DNA of 64,000 nt from Candidatus Bathyarchaeota archaeon (GTDB lineage Archaea > Thermoproteota > Bathyarchaeia > Bathyarchaeales > Bathycorpusculaceae). The position numbers and the translations under genes are program-made. The first letter of the stretch is position 1. Each line of letters begins with the position of its first letter. Positions 19,668 to 30,046 of this stretch are shown here, one piece after another. The DNA lies in NCBI GenBank assembly GCA_963777155.1, contig CAVZPM010000001.1:32001-96000 (forward strand), given 5' to 3'. The notes under the pieces are model-generated. The model saw only the letters and a list, made by a program, of their open reading frames with translations. It searched no databases and was not told where the DNA came from.

Positions 19668-20176
19668 GATTTTTTTTCTGCCTCAGGCTTTAGCCTCTTA
19701 GATAGTGTCTTTGCCAGTTCTTCTTCTTCTAACGCTTGCTTTTCCTCGAAAGTGTGCTCTTTAGGCAACCAGCTTGGTGCTTCAACATTCCTCTGTGTGA
19801 AGTACTGTCGTATTGCCCGTTTCAAGGCGCCAACTGCTAGGACTCCGCAGTGAAATTTGACGTCTGGTAAACCGCCGATTTCTTCCACAACGCGCTTCCA
19901 CGTTATGTCTTTCCATGCGGCTTCCAGGCTCATGCACTTTATCATTTCTGTAACGATGCTGGATGTAGCGATGTTGGCGGCGCATCCGTAGCTTTCGAAC
20001 TGTGCTCTCTCGATGATTTCTTTGTCGCTGATTTTCAGATAGAAAGTTATCATGTCTCCGCAGGCAGGGTTTCCTGCAACGGCGACGACTGTGGCATCTT
20101 CCATTTTGCCAAGGTTCTTTGGGTTACGGAATAAATCCATGATTTTTGGGTTATACGGTAATGGCATACGTGACAT
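19664..20176 (-). CDS. iscU: IscU/NifU Fe-S scaffold protein
   Basis: NPKNLG, GNPACGD, FESYGCAANIA, KFHCGVLA (three Cys ligands). Confidence 0.93.
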   Translation of the reverse strand: MSRMPLPYNPKIMDLFRNPKNLGKMEDATVVAVAGNPACGDMITFYLKISDKEIIERAQFESYGCAANIATSSIVTEMIKCMSLEAAWKDITWKRVVEEIGGLPDVKFHCGVLAVGALKRAIRQYFTQRNVEAPSWLPKEHTFEEKQALEEEELAKTLSKRLKPEAEKKS

Positions 20177-20178
20177 TT

Positions 20179-21402
20179 TTAATCTACTCCTGTTGAGCCG
20201 ACTATCCCTCTTATACGATTGACAGCTGTAGGTAGAACTTTCAGAACGTAGGCTATATCTTCTTCTGTGTGTGCGCGGGTGACTTTCATTAATATGCTGC
20301 CGTGAGCTTCGCTATAGTGACGTCCGATGGCGACTAATACGTGGCTGGGTTGAAGCAGCCTTCGACTACATGCGCTTCCGCTTGAAACATAGACACCATT
20401 AAGGCTCAGTTCGATTGTTAATGCTTCGCCTTCTGCACGAAGTATGCTTACGTTGGCGTTGTCTGGGGAGCGTTTTTCACCTTTTGGACCGTTAAAGCGC
20501 AAATCATCAAGTTCAGCGAATATGCCGTCGACAAGTTTGTCGCGCAGTGTCCGCATTTTTTTGGTGTTCGCTTCAAAGTTCTCAAAAGCAAGCTCCGAAG
20601 CTCTCGTGAAGCCGACGATTAACGGGGTGTTTTCGACACCTGGCCAGAGTTTTTGTGTGCCGATTTGCCCTTCGAGGATACGCTCCATGTTTAAGCCGCT
20701 TTTTAGGTACATTGCGCCTATGCCTCTTGGACCCTGAATCTTGTAGCTGCTCAATGTGGCTAAGTCAACGTTTAGGCTTTGCACGTTTAATGGTATTCTG
20801 CCATATGCGTCTGAGGCGTCAGTGTGAAAGAGAGCGTGGGGGTTTTTGGCTTTCACGATGTCCACGGCTTCCTTGATGGGCTGGATTGTTCCAATCTCGT
20901 TGTTTACAGCTGAGATACTGACAAGTATTGTCTCGCTGTCGACTGCTTCTTTGAGTTTCTCAAGGTTGACAAAGCCTTCGTTGTTAACGGGGATTTTCTG
21001 TGTTGTGAAGCCGAATTTCTGCATCATCTCGGCTACTTGGAGCACGTTGATGGGTTCGATTTCTGAGATTACGATTTTTTTGCCCTTGCTTTTCTGTGCA
21101 AACGCGGATCCCATGATGGCGAGGTTGTTGGCTTCGGTTTCGCTTGGGGTGAAGGTGATTTCTTCAAGGTTCTTGGCACCTATGTAGTTGCTGATTTTTT
21201 TGAAGCTGTTCATTATGACTTCGAATGCTTCCCAGCCGGGTTTGTGTGTTAGCGTTGGGTTTCCATAGGCTGTCTTATTGAAGTATGGCAACATAGCATC
21301 TACAACTTCTTGGGGAACGATGCAGGAATTTTCATTGTCAAAGTAAACTTCATGTGTGATGCCCTCATGCAGTTTGAGGAGCTCTTTCACGTTTTCAACC
21401 AT
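20179..21402 (-). CDS. IscS/NifS-like cysteine desulfurase family protein with a divergent PLP site
   Basis: YGNP, TEANNLAI, NNEIGTIQP, KIQGPRGIG, VSSGSACS catalytic loop. Confidence 0.85.
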   Translation of the reverse strand: MVENVKELLKLHEGITHEVYFDNENSCIVPQEVVDAMLPYFNKTAYGNPTLTHKPGWEAFEVIMNSFKKISNYIGAKNLEEITFTPSETEANNLAIMGSAFAQKSKGKKIVISEIEPINVLQVAEMMQKFGFTTQKIPVNNEGFVNLEKLKEAVDSETILVSISAVNNEIGTIQPIKEAVDIVKAKNPHALFHTDASDAYGRIPLNVQSLNVDLATLSSYKIQGPRGIGAMYLKSGLNMERILEGQIGTQKLWPGVENTPLIVGFTRASELAFENFEANTKKMRTLRDKLVDGIFAELDDLRFNGPKGEKRSPDNANVSILRAEGEALTIELSLNGVYVSSGSACSRRLLQPSHVLVAIGRHYSEAHGSILMKVTRAHTEEDIAYVLKVLPTAVNRIRGIVGSTGVD

Positions 21403-21562
21403 ACAGTATCCTACCTGAATTTCTTGGGACAGATAAACTCGTTACTTGCTAATATCTAGTTCAGATAGAAAAATGTAGCTGAAAAAACTGTTTCCGCTAA
21501 GGCTAACACTATTAATCAGCATACTCCATATTGATAAAATATCAACTGACGGCGAGACTATA

Positions 21563-23842
21563 GTGAAGATTGTAGACTTATCTGTTCCAGAATCAGTTAA
21601 AGAAGTCCTATGTGGTCTGGGAATTGCAGAGTTGTTTCCACCCCAAGAAGATACCATACGGGCAGGAGTGCTTGAGGGAAGAAACATCGTTTTGGCAAGT
21701 CCCACTGCGTCTGGAAAAACTTTGATTGCTGAACTCTGCGGTCTTAAACACGTGCTTGAGAAGGGTGGCAAAGTCATCTACCTATCCCCTCTCAGAGCGT
21801 TGGCAAGTGAAAAGTTCGAGGAATTCCAAAAGTACACTTCAATCCGTAAGGTTGATGGTAGAAAAGTCTCTGTTGGCATGAGCACGGGGGATTTTGACAG
21901 CGCCGACAACTGGCTGGAACGCTATGACATCATAGTTACGACCAACGAGAAAGCTGATTCGTTGCTTCGTCACCGTGCCAAATGGATGGACAGCATATCT
22001 TTGGTTATTGCCGACGAAATTCATCTCTTAAACGAGGCAGAACGCGGACCTACATTGGAGATTGTGCTGGCAAGGCTCCTGCAGGTAAACCCCCATATCC
22101 AAATTCTGGCCCTCAGCGCAACCATAAACAATGTCGATGAAATTGCTGGGTGGCTAAATGCAAAGTACGTTGTTACCGAGTGGCGTCCCATAAACCTCAA
22201 AGAAGGTATCATGCTAAAAGAAGAAATCCAATACAAAGACGGTGAGGCAAGGAAAATCGAGCCCGAAACCCATCTACCAGTCGTGAACCTAGTTTTAAAC
22301 ACGTTGCGAAATGGTGGGCAAGCCTTAATTTTTGCTTCGACACGCAGGAACGCTGTTTCGGCGGCAAAAACGGTTGCTAGCCACATGGACAAGGTGCTGG
22401 TGCCTAAAAGTGGCTCCAAACTAGTTAAGCGTTCATTGGAGGAACAGACAAGGGGCGTTTTGGAGAAGGAGGCAAAGAAGATTTTGGATGCTGGCGAACA
22501 TACTCAACTTAGTGAGGAACTTGCCGATTTAGTTCGCTGTGGTACAGCTTATCATCATGCAGGGTTGTCAGGTGCACACCGCAAAGTCATAGAGGACGCG
22601 TTCAAGGAGCGGAAAATCAAAGTTTTAACTGCCACACCAACCTTGGCTTGGGGTGTTAACTTGCCTGCCAGAACAGTCATAATTCAAGACTACCGCCGTT
22701 TCGAAGCTGGCTTGGGTAACTACCCCATAAGCGTACTCGACTATAAGCAGATGGCCGGACGCGCAGGTCGACCAAAATACGACAAATTCGGCGAATCTGT
22801 CCTGATTGCCAAAACTGCCGACGAAGCCGACTACCTGATGGAAAGCTACGTGCTGGCTAAACCCGAGCGGATTTGGTCTAGATTGGCAGTGGAGAAAGTC
22901 ATCCGTGCCCACGTTTTAGCGACGATTGCCTCGGATTTTGCACACACAGAACAGGGTATTTACGAGTTTTTCGGCAAAACCTTCTACGCTTACCAGTACG
23001 ACGTAAAAGCTATCCAAAACGTCATCAACAGAATTCTACGTTTTCTGCACGATGAAGAGATGATTTACGTTGCTGGGGATAATATATTGGCTACCAAGTT
23101 TGGCAAACGGATAAGCGAACTCTACATCGATCCTTTATCTGGTGTAATAATCAGAGATGCACTGCAGAGGAAACTACCCCTATTAACCGAGTTCAGCCTG
23201 CTGCACTTAGTTGCTCATACACCAGACATGGGACCAATCATGCGTCCTTACCAGCGGGAAATGGACAACCTCGTAGTGCAAACTGAAGACCACAAACAAG
23301 AACTCTTCGTTGAAGTCCCCGACCAATGGAGCGACCATATAGGCTACGCTGACTTTCTGGGTGAAGTTAAAACTGCGATGGTGATGAATAATTGGATTGA
23401 GGAGTTGCCGGAGGAAAAGGTCATTGAACGGTTCAACGTGCAGCCGGGAGACCTTTATCGAACCATCGAGACCGCCAAGTGGCTTCTGCACGCCATAGAC
23501 GAGCTTTCGCCAGCCGTGGGGACAAAAAACAAAGAAGTCTCAGCACTTAGTCACGAGTTGGTTGAGCGGGTTTCAAAAGGCATAAAACGTGAACTGTTAC
23601 CCATCGTGGCATTGGAGGGTGTGGGTAGAGTCAGAGGACGTATAATCTTTAACGCAGGATACCAAACCATCGAAGACCTCAAACACGCTCCCGTCGAAGA
23701 ACTCACTAACCTGCCGTCTGTGGGTCCAAGGTTAGCTAAGAAAATCAAAGAGCAAGTCGGCGGTTTCGTAAAAAAAGAAACATGGGAAAATCTGGGAAAA
23801 GCACCAGATGAAGCTGCCCAGAAAGGCTTGTTTGACTTCTAA
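21563..23842 (+). CDS. hel308: Ski2-like DNA helicase Hel308/Hjm
   Basis: PTASGKT, DEIH, LSAT, YHHAGL, QMAGRAGRP, C-terminal HhH. Confidence 0.95.
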   Translation: MKIVDLSVPESVKEVLCGLGIAELFPPQEDTIRAGVLEGRNIVLASPTASGKTLIAELCGLKHVLEKGGKVIYLSPLRALASEKFEEFQKYTSIRKVDGRKVSVGMSTGDFDSADNWLERYDIIVTTNEKADSLLRHRAKWMDSISLVIADEIHLLNEAERGPTLEIVLARLLQVNPHIQILALSATINNVDEIAGWLNAKYVVTEWRPINLKEGIMLKEEIQYKDGEARKIEPETHLPVVNLVLNTLRNGGQALIFASTRRNAVSAAKTVASHMDKVLVPKSGSKLVKRSLEEQTRGVLEKEAKKILDAGEHTQLSEELADLVRCGTAYHHAGLSGAHRKVIEDAFKERKIKVLTATPTLAWGVNLPARTVIIQDYRRFEAGLGNYPISVLDYKQMAGRAGRPKYDKFGESVLIAKTADEADYLMESYVLAKPERIWSRLAVEKVIRAHVLATIASDFAHTEQGIYEFFGKTFYAYQYDVKAIQNVINRILRFLHDEEMIYVAGDNILATKFGKRISELYIDPLSGVIIRDALQRKLPLLTEFSLLHLVAHTPDMGPIMRPYQREMDNLVVQTEDHKQELFVEVPDQWSDHIGYADFLGEVKTAMVMNNWIEELPEEKVIERFNVQPGDLYRTIETAKWLLHAIDELSPAVGTKNKEVSALSHELVERVSKGIKRELLPIVALEGVGRVRGRIIFNAGYQTIEDLKHAPVEELTNLPSVGPRLAKKIKEQVGGFVKKETWENLGKAPDEAAQKGLFDF

Positions 23843-25191
23843 GCGCCCTTCGCGAATTTTTCCGCTTGCTTAACTGCTGTTCCCAAATAGTTTTTGGGGT
23901 TTAGGGCTTTGTCAATTTCTTTCTCTGAGAGTTTGTTACTGACGAGTTTGTCTTCTTGGAGAATCTGCTTGAATGGTTTCTTTTCAACTGCGCTTTTTAT
24001 GGTGAGTTGTCTTAGTAGTTCGTGTGCTTCCTGTCGGTTTACACCCTTCTTTGCGAGTGTCATCATTACGGATTCCGACATGGCGCGTCCCTGCGTTAAC
24101 GAGAGGTTCTGTAGCATGCGTTCGCTGTCTATGCGCAGGTTTATGACAATATTGCACATGAGGTTCAAGATGTAGTCGAGCAGTATTGACGATTCTGGGA
24201 GAATGAACCGTTCCGCAGAGGACTGGGTTAGGTCGCGTTCATGCCAAGTAACCATATCCTCTAGCGCTGGAGTGCTGAGGCTTCGGACGATTCGGGCTAA
24301 ACCACAGACGCGCTCGCATGTTTCTGGATTCTGCTTGTGTGGCATAGTGGAGCTGCCAACCTGTTTTTTAGCTTCAAAGGATTCGAATAATTCGCCAATT
24401 TCGGGTCGCTGAAGCTCACGGATTTCAGTTGCGAAATTTTCAAGCGAAGAAGCAATCATACCATAGATGCAAACGAGTTCTGCGTAGCGGTCGCGTTGGA
24501 CAATTTGCGTTGAAATCTCGGCTGCGTTCAAACCTAAGCGTTTCATAACGAGCTCTTGGATTTGCTCAGCGTGTTCACCTAAGCCTGCTTGGGTTCCGAC
24601 GGCGCCGCTGACTTTTCCCGTTAAAACACGCTTTTTACAATCTTCTAACCGTTCGAGATGCCTGTTTACCTCATAGCCCCAGACTGCGAACTTGAAGCCC
24701 AAAGTAATTGGCAAAGCGTGTTGCCCGTGGGTCCGTCCTATCATGACGGTGTCTTTGTGTTTGGCAGCTTGTTTCTGCAAAATTTCCTTATACTCTGTTA
24801 GCCTTTTCTCAAGAACCTCTATGGCATCTTTAAGCTGAAGAGCATTAGCTGTGTCGACGATGTCGTAGCTCGTTGCGCCTAAATGTACGTAGGCACCGCT
24901 TTCCCCACATACTTCCGAGAGCGCACGTACCAGCGAGGCAATGTCATGCTTAATCTCCTTCTCAATCGCTTTAACACGTTCAACCTTGACGTATTTGGTG
25001 GATGCCATTGAAGCGATTTTTTCCGCATCTTTCTTTGGGATGTTTCCGACTTCAGCGTGAGCTAAAGCCAAAGCCGCTTCAACATCGAGCAGTTTCTGTG
25101 TGCGCGTTTCTTCGTCAAAGATTTTAAGCATTTCAGGCGTTCCATAACGCCCAGTATCTATGGGTAAGATTGGCAAGTTAGCTTTCCTCAA
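23839..25191 (-). CDS. purB: Adenylosuccinate lyase
   Basis: HLGATS, GRTHGQHA, GSSTMPHKQNP, WHERDL. Confidence 0.96.
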   Translation of the reverse strand: MRKANLPILPIDTGRYGTPEMLKIFDEETRTQKLLDVEAALALAHAEVGNIPKKDAEKIASMASTKYVKVERVKAIEKEIKHDIASLVRALSEVCGESGAYVHLGATSYDIVDTANALQLKDAIEVLEKRLTEYKEILQKQAAKHKDTVMIGRTHGQHALPITLGFKFAVWGYEVNRHLERLEDCKKRVLTGKVSGAVGTQAGLGEHAEQIQELVMKRLGLNAAEISTQIVQRDRYAELVCIYGMIASSLENFATEIRELQRPEIGELFESFEAKKQVGSSTMPHKQNPETCERVCGLARIVRSLSTPALEDMVTWHERDLTQSSAERFILPESSILLDYILNLMCNIVINLRIDSERMLQNLSLTQGRAMSESVMMTLAKKGVNRQEAHELLRQLTIKSAVEKKPFKQILQEDKLVSNKLSEKEIDKALNPKNYLGTAVKQAEKFAKGA

Positions 25192-25343
25192 CGTCTAAGG
25201 TATGCGGATTAAAGATTAATGTTTTGTGAAAAAAAATGATTTACAGAAATTATTTGACCTAAATGACTCTTGTATTGTAAGAAAATTAATGTTTAACCAC
25301 ACACATTAGTAGAGTATTAAGAGTATTTTGGTGGGTAGAAGAA

Positions 25344-26796
25344 ATGAAAGTTACAGTTGCAGTGTTAGATAAAAACGGCGATGGTGCTGTTGAAACAGTT
25401 CTTGACGTATTGAATTCGTTTGATGTTGGTTCGCCCTCGCATTTTGGGTTAGTTACTCCTAAGAAAAGTCTTTTCGAAAAGAACGTTGAAATCATAAAAA
25501 AACAGGGCTTAAAATCATCAACCGCTGCAGGGTATGTGACTTCAAAGCCAAAATCAAACAGTGATTATGAACATCTTACAGTTGGATGAGGCTGCGTTGC
25601 TCTTTGAAGGCAGAGTTGTACTCGACTGTACCGAAAACAGCTGTTATGGAACAGTTTGTAAAATGCCTCGGTTCACTGCGAAGCCATCACTTCAAACACT
25701 AATAGAGCAAGCAGACGGAGACTATTCATTCCTGATGGTGAAGGACGGCTGGGTTGCTGGTGCAAGAGATCCTATTGGAGTTCAACCTCTATACTTCGGT
25801 GAAAACAGAGACATCGCCGCCTTTGCCACAAACCGCAAAGCCCTCTGGAAACTCGGAATAGAAACACCCACCTCTTTTCCACCAGGGAACCTTGCGTTCG
25901 TTAACAAAGAAGGCTTCAAATTTAAACCCGTAAAAACCCTGACTTTCAAAGAACCCAAACCCATAACAATTGATGATGCCGCCAAAACGATCCAATCTCT
26001 CCTTGAACAATCCATCCAGCGTCGGGTGCACGGATTAAAGGAAGTTTCAGTCGCGTTTTCGGGAGGTTTGGATAGCAGCTTAGTGGCTTTCTTGGCAAAC
26101 AAAAGCGGGGTTAAAGTTAATCTGTTCCACGTAAGCTTGGAGAATCAATCAGAATCCGAAGACGCCATCGAAGCTGCGGAAGCGTTGAATTTGCCTTTGC
26201 AGGTGGATTTGTTTAAGGACTCTGACGTAGAAACGGTTTTACCAAAAGTTGTCGAGCTAATCGAGGAACCTGACCCAGTAAAAGCAAGCATTGGTGTGCC
26301 GTTCTATTGGGTGGCAGAGAAAGCGGCAGAAGCAGGTTTTAAAGTCATGTTGGCTGGACAAGGTGCGGATGAATTGTTTGGAGGTTACCAACGCTACGTT
26401 AAAGAGTACTGTAGCAAGGGAGAAAAAGTTTCGAAAACCATGTTTAGCGATGTGCTTGGGCTTTATGAGAGTAATCTTGAACGGGACTTGAAGATCACTG
26501 GGTTTTTTGATGTCGAGTTGCGTTTGCCTTTCGGCGCCTTTGACCTCGCCGAGTACGCATTGACTTTGCCTTTAGACTGCAAATTTGAGCAGAAACCTGA
26601 CACCTTGAGAAAGCTGGTTTTGCGGAGAGTAGCCCTGAATGCCGGAGTGCCCAAATCGATATCGGACAAACCGAAAAAAGCAGTACAATACTCCACAGGA
26701 ATCAACGATGCAGTAAAGCGCATAGCCAAGAGACAACAAAAAACAGTCAATCAATACATAACTGAGCTGTTCCAAGGATCCAAAAACAGCCCCTAA
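25344..26796 (+). CDS. Asparagine synthase-related protein, several apparent indels at 25580-25690
   Basis: ARDPIGVQPLY, AFSGGLDSS, GQGADELFGGY, PKKAVQYSTG. Confidence 0.85.
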
Positions 26797-26919
26797 CCCT
26801 CAAACCTGCAATTACTTCTAGGCAATTCTTGATATTTGTAGTATAGCTCTAAAAAGAAGAAGGAATTGTTCGTACAAACAGCTGTCTTTTTCTAGTCGTA
26901 GTTGAAGTACTTAATAATC

Positions 26920-27230
26920 CAGCGTACTCAAGAACGCGATTGATTGGGCTTCAAGACCAAAAGCAGAGACGCCTCTTGAAGGCAAACCCGTAGCAATCAT
27001 GAGCGCCTCCACGGGAAGATTAGGGGGTGCAAGAGCCCAATATCATTTGCGCTCCTTCATTTTCCTTAACATGCTCCTTGTTAACCGTCCCGAAGTCATG
27101 TTGTCAGATGCAGCACACAACGTAGATGCAGACGGAAAAAGTAACCAATGAACAAACACGTCACCTCATTAAGCAGGTGTTGGATTCGTTGTCAACGTGG
27201 ACAAATAGGCTCAAAGATAAGACGCAGTAA
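26920..27230 (+). pseudogene. C-terminal remnant of an NADPH-dependent FMN reductase (ChrR/SsuE-like)
   Basis: Hand translation: VLKNAIDWASRP..LEGKPVAIMSASTGRLGGARAQYHLR..FLNM..VNRPEV; no N-terminal half, frameshift near 27138. Confidence 0.8.
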
Positions 27231-27307
27231 AATAGCCTAACTGTTTTTGTGTTGACTCAGCAAAGCCTTAAAATGTTTAATCTCTACGTTAGAGTTTGGG
27301 TGCCTAC

Positions 27308-28606
27308 ATGAGAGTCATAGCTGACCTGCACATCCACGGTAGATACAGCCGAGCAACAAGCGAACAAATGAGCATACCCCAAATCGCAAAGTACGCAAAA
27401 ATCAAAGGATTAAACCTTGTCGGCACCGGGGATTTCACCCATCCTCAATGGCTAAAAGAAATTAAAGAAACACTCACACCCGAAGCTGACTCAGGTCTTT
27501 TCAAATTAACCAACGCAGATTCTCTCGTTCGGTTTATGCTGCAAACTGAAGTCTGCACAATCTTTGACTATAAAGGTGAATCCAAGAAGGTACACCATGT
27601 CATACTCACTCCGTGGCTTGAAACCGCTGAACAAATCAATGAGCGCCTCCAAAGCTTTGGTAGCTTGAGTTCAGACGGTAGACCGATCTTAAATGTTTCA
27701 GCATCCCAACTAGTCGAGCAGGTGATGGAGGTTTGCGGCGACAACATGGTTTTTCCAGCACATGCCTGGACGCCCTGGTTTAGCATTTTTGGAGCGTTTA
27801 GTGGTTTTGACACTGTTGAGGACTGCTACCAAGACATGACCAAACATATTCATGCGTTGGAAACTGGTTTGTCGTCTGATCCGGCCATGAATTGGCGCCT
27901 CAGCAAACTCGACAGATACGCGCTTGTTTCGAACAGTGACTGCCACAGTTTTTGGCCCTGGCGAATAGGTCGAGAAGCTAACGTGTTTGAGCTGGAAAAA
28001 TTAACTTACAATGGGATAACCGACGCCATTGTCTCCAATGATTCTTCCCACTTCAAGTTCACCATAGAAACAGACCCCGCCTACGGCAAATACCACTGGA
28101 CGGGGCACCGAAACTGCAAAGTGTCGCTGTCACCTAAAGAAGCCATAAAATTCGGAAATATCTGCCCAGTTTGCCGTGGAAAACTTACCAAGGGTGTTGA
28201 ACAACGTGTCGAAGAACTAGCGGATAGACCAGTTGAGTTTAAGCGCGAGGGTGCCCCAGGGTTTTTGCGTTTGCTTCCACTCTCCGAAATCATTGCTACG
28301 GTGCTTGGGACTGATTCACCTTCTACACAAGCGGTTTGGAAAAAATACAATTTGCTGGTTGAAAAGTTCGGAGACGAGTATTCGGTATTGACGTCTGCAC
28401 CTCTGGATGCGTTGATTCAGGTTGTTGATGCACCCACTGCGCAAGCAATCATTAAGGTAAGGGATGGTTCCGCCAAAGTTACTCCTGGATATGACGGTGT
28501 TTATGGGCAGCTGGTTTTGGGTGTCGATGCACTGCTGCCAGTCAAGCTTAAACCCAAGCTGGTTCAGCCAGTTGTTAAACAGAAAAGTATGAGCGACTTC
28601 TGGTAA
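27308..28606 (+). CDS. Endonuclease Q family protein (PHP domain plus zinc finger)
   Basis: ADLHIHGRYSRATS, GTGDFTHP, PAHAWTPW, ETGLSSD, SNSDCHS, GKYHWTGHRNC, PGYDGVYG. Confidence 0.92.
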   Translation: MRVIADLHIHGRYSRATSEQMSIPQIAKYAKIKGLNLVGTGDFTHPQWLKEIKETLTPEADSGLFKLTNADSLVRFMLQTEVCTIFDYKGESKKVHHVILTPWLETAEQINERLQSFGSLSSDGRPILNVSASQLVEQVMEVCGDNMVFPAHAWTPWFSIFGAFSGFDTVEDCYQDMTKHIHALETGLSSDPAMNWRLSKLDRYALVSNSDCHSFWPWRIGREANVFELEKLTYNGITDAIVSNDSSHFKFTIETDPAYGKYHWTGHRNCKVSLSPKEAIKFGNICPVCRGKLTKGVEQRVEELADRPVEFKREGAPGFLRLLPLSEIIATVLGTDSPSTQAVWKKYNLLVEKFGDEYSVLTSAPLDALIQVVDAPTAQAIIKVRDGSAKVTPGYDGVYGQLVLGVDALLPVKLKPKLVQPVVKQKSMSDFW

Positions 28607-28654
28607 CCCAAAACGGTTTAATTCAACACAATTCTAGATGATTCTTAAGGACCG

Positions 28655-30046
28655 ATGACTTTGAAGGACCTTCTCACTAAAATCAACAATGTAGCCACCC
28701 AGAAGTTTGGGGCAGAATACGCCGAGGCGCGAGCCCAAAAAATCGTCAAAACCTCACTGACTCTAAAGGAGGAACGTGTGGAAGCCGCTAAGCAAGGCAT
28801 CGAAAACGGTGTTGCCATCCGCGTATTAGTGAACGGCGCATGGGGCTTTGCTTCTGTAGGTTCATTTAACGGTGATATTTTGGATGATGCAGTTTCAGAT
28901 GCCTGCAGGATGGCGAAGCTTGCAAGCGAGAGATTAAAGACGCCCATTAAGCTTGCAGCCGCCAAAGTAATTGAAGACCGCGTGGTAGCTAAGCCTAAGA
29001 AGAACCCAGCGAACGTAATTATGGAGGACAAAATAAGAACGGCTGCTGAAGTGAACAAAGCAATTTTGGGTTTCGATGGGCGCATTAAGAGTTGTTCAGT
29101 GGATTACGTGGATTTGATGGGAAGCAGCTTTTTTGTAAACAGCGAAGGCACAAACGTTGAACAAGATAAACTATATGTTTGGGCAAGAATCACCGCTTCT
29201 GCCCAGAGCGGAGGCGTCTTCACTTCTAGCCGAGAGGAGATTGGCTCCACCGCAGGCTACGAACTCTTCGATGAACAAGCCCCCGAGGTTTTAGGCGTGA
29301 AGGTTGCCAAACTAGCAATTGAGCAGTTAAATGCTAAATCTCCAAGGGGCGGAAAGTTCCCGGTTGTTCTGGGTCCTAACGTTGTGGGGGCTTTTGTGCA
29401 TGAAGCGTTTGGGCATTTAGCTGAGGCAGATTTGGCGCTTTCAGGTGGAATTCTAGCAGACAACTTCGGTAAGAAAATCGGTTCAAATTTGGTTACTTTC
29501 TATGATGATGGTACAGTGGAGGGAGCTTTTGGTGCATTCAAGTATGACGACGAAGGTATTCCATCCCATAAAACATTGCTCATAAAAGATGGAGTTGTGA
29601 CTGGTCTGATGCATAACCGTGAAACTGCGCAAAAATTCAACTCTCAGCCCACAGGAAACGCGCGAGCTGAGGATTTTCGCGTTGAGCCAATTATTCGAAT
29701 GCGTTGTACATACATGGCGCCTAGAGACCGAACTTTTGAAGAACTGATCGAAAATGTCAAATCGGGCTATTATTTTAAGAGTTTTAGGGGTGGGCAAGCA
29801 AACCTTGATGGAACCTTCCAAGTTGGTATCCAAGAAGGCTACGAGATAACAAACGGCGAATTGGGTGCACCCGTCCGTAATGCCTCAATAAGCGGAAACA
29901 CCCTTGAAACCTTGCATAAGGTCAATGCGGTCGGCAAGGATTTCCTGTTGGATCCTGGGCGATGTGGGAAGGGGCAAATAGCTTTTATCAGTGATGGCGG
30001 TCCACACATTAAAATTAGCGAGGTTGTAGTCGGTGGCAGTGCTTGA
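28655..30046 (+). CDS. tldD: TldD metalloprotease subunit
   Basis: HEAFGH (HExxGH), YDDEG, GNAR, CGKGQ. Confidence 0.93.
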   Translation: MTLKDLLTKINNVATQKFGAEYAEARAQKIVKTSLTLKEERVEAAKQGIENGVAIRVLVNGAWGFASVGSFNGDILDDAVSDACRMAKLASERLKTPIKLAAAKVIEDRVVAKPKKNPANVIMEDKIRTAAEVNKAILGFDGRIKSCSVDYVDLMGSSFFVNSEGTNVEQDKLYVWARITASAQSGGVFTSSREEIGSTAGYELFDEQAPEVLGVKVAKLAIEQLNAKSPRGGKFPVVLGPNVVGAFVHEAFGHLAEADLALSGGILADNFGKKIGSNLVTFYDDGTVEGAFGAFKYDDEGIPSHKTLLIKDGVVTGLMHNRETAQKFNSQPTGNARAEDFRVEPIIRMRCTYMAPRDRTFEELIENVKSGYYFKSFRGGQANLDGTFQVGIQEGYEITNGELGAPVRNASISGNTLETLHKVNAVGKDFLLDPGRCGKGQIAFISDGGPHIKISEVVVGGSA

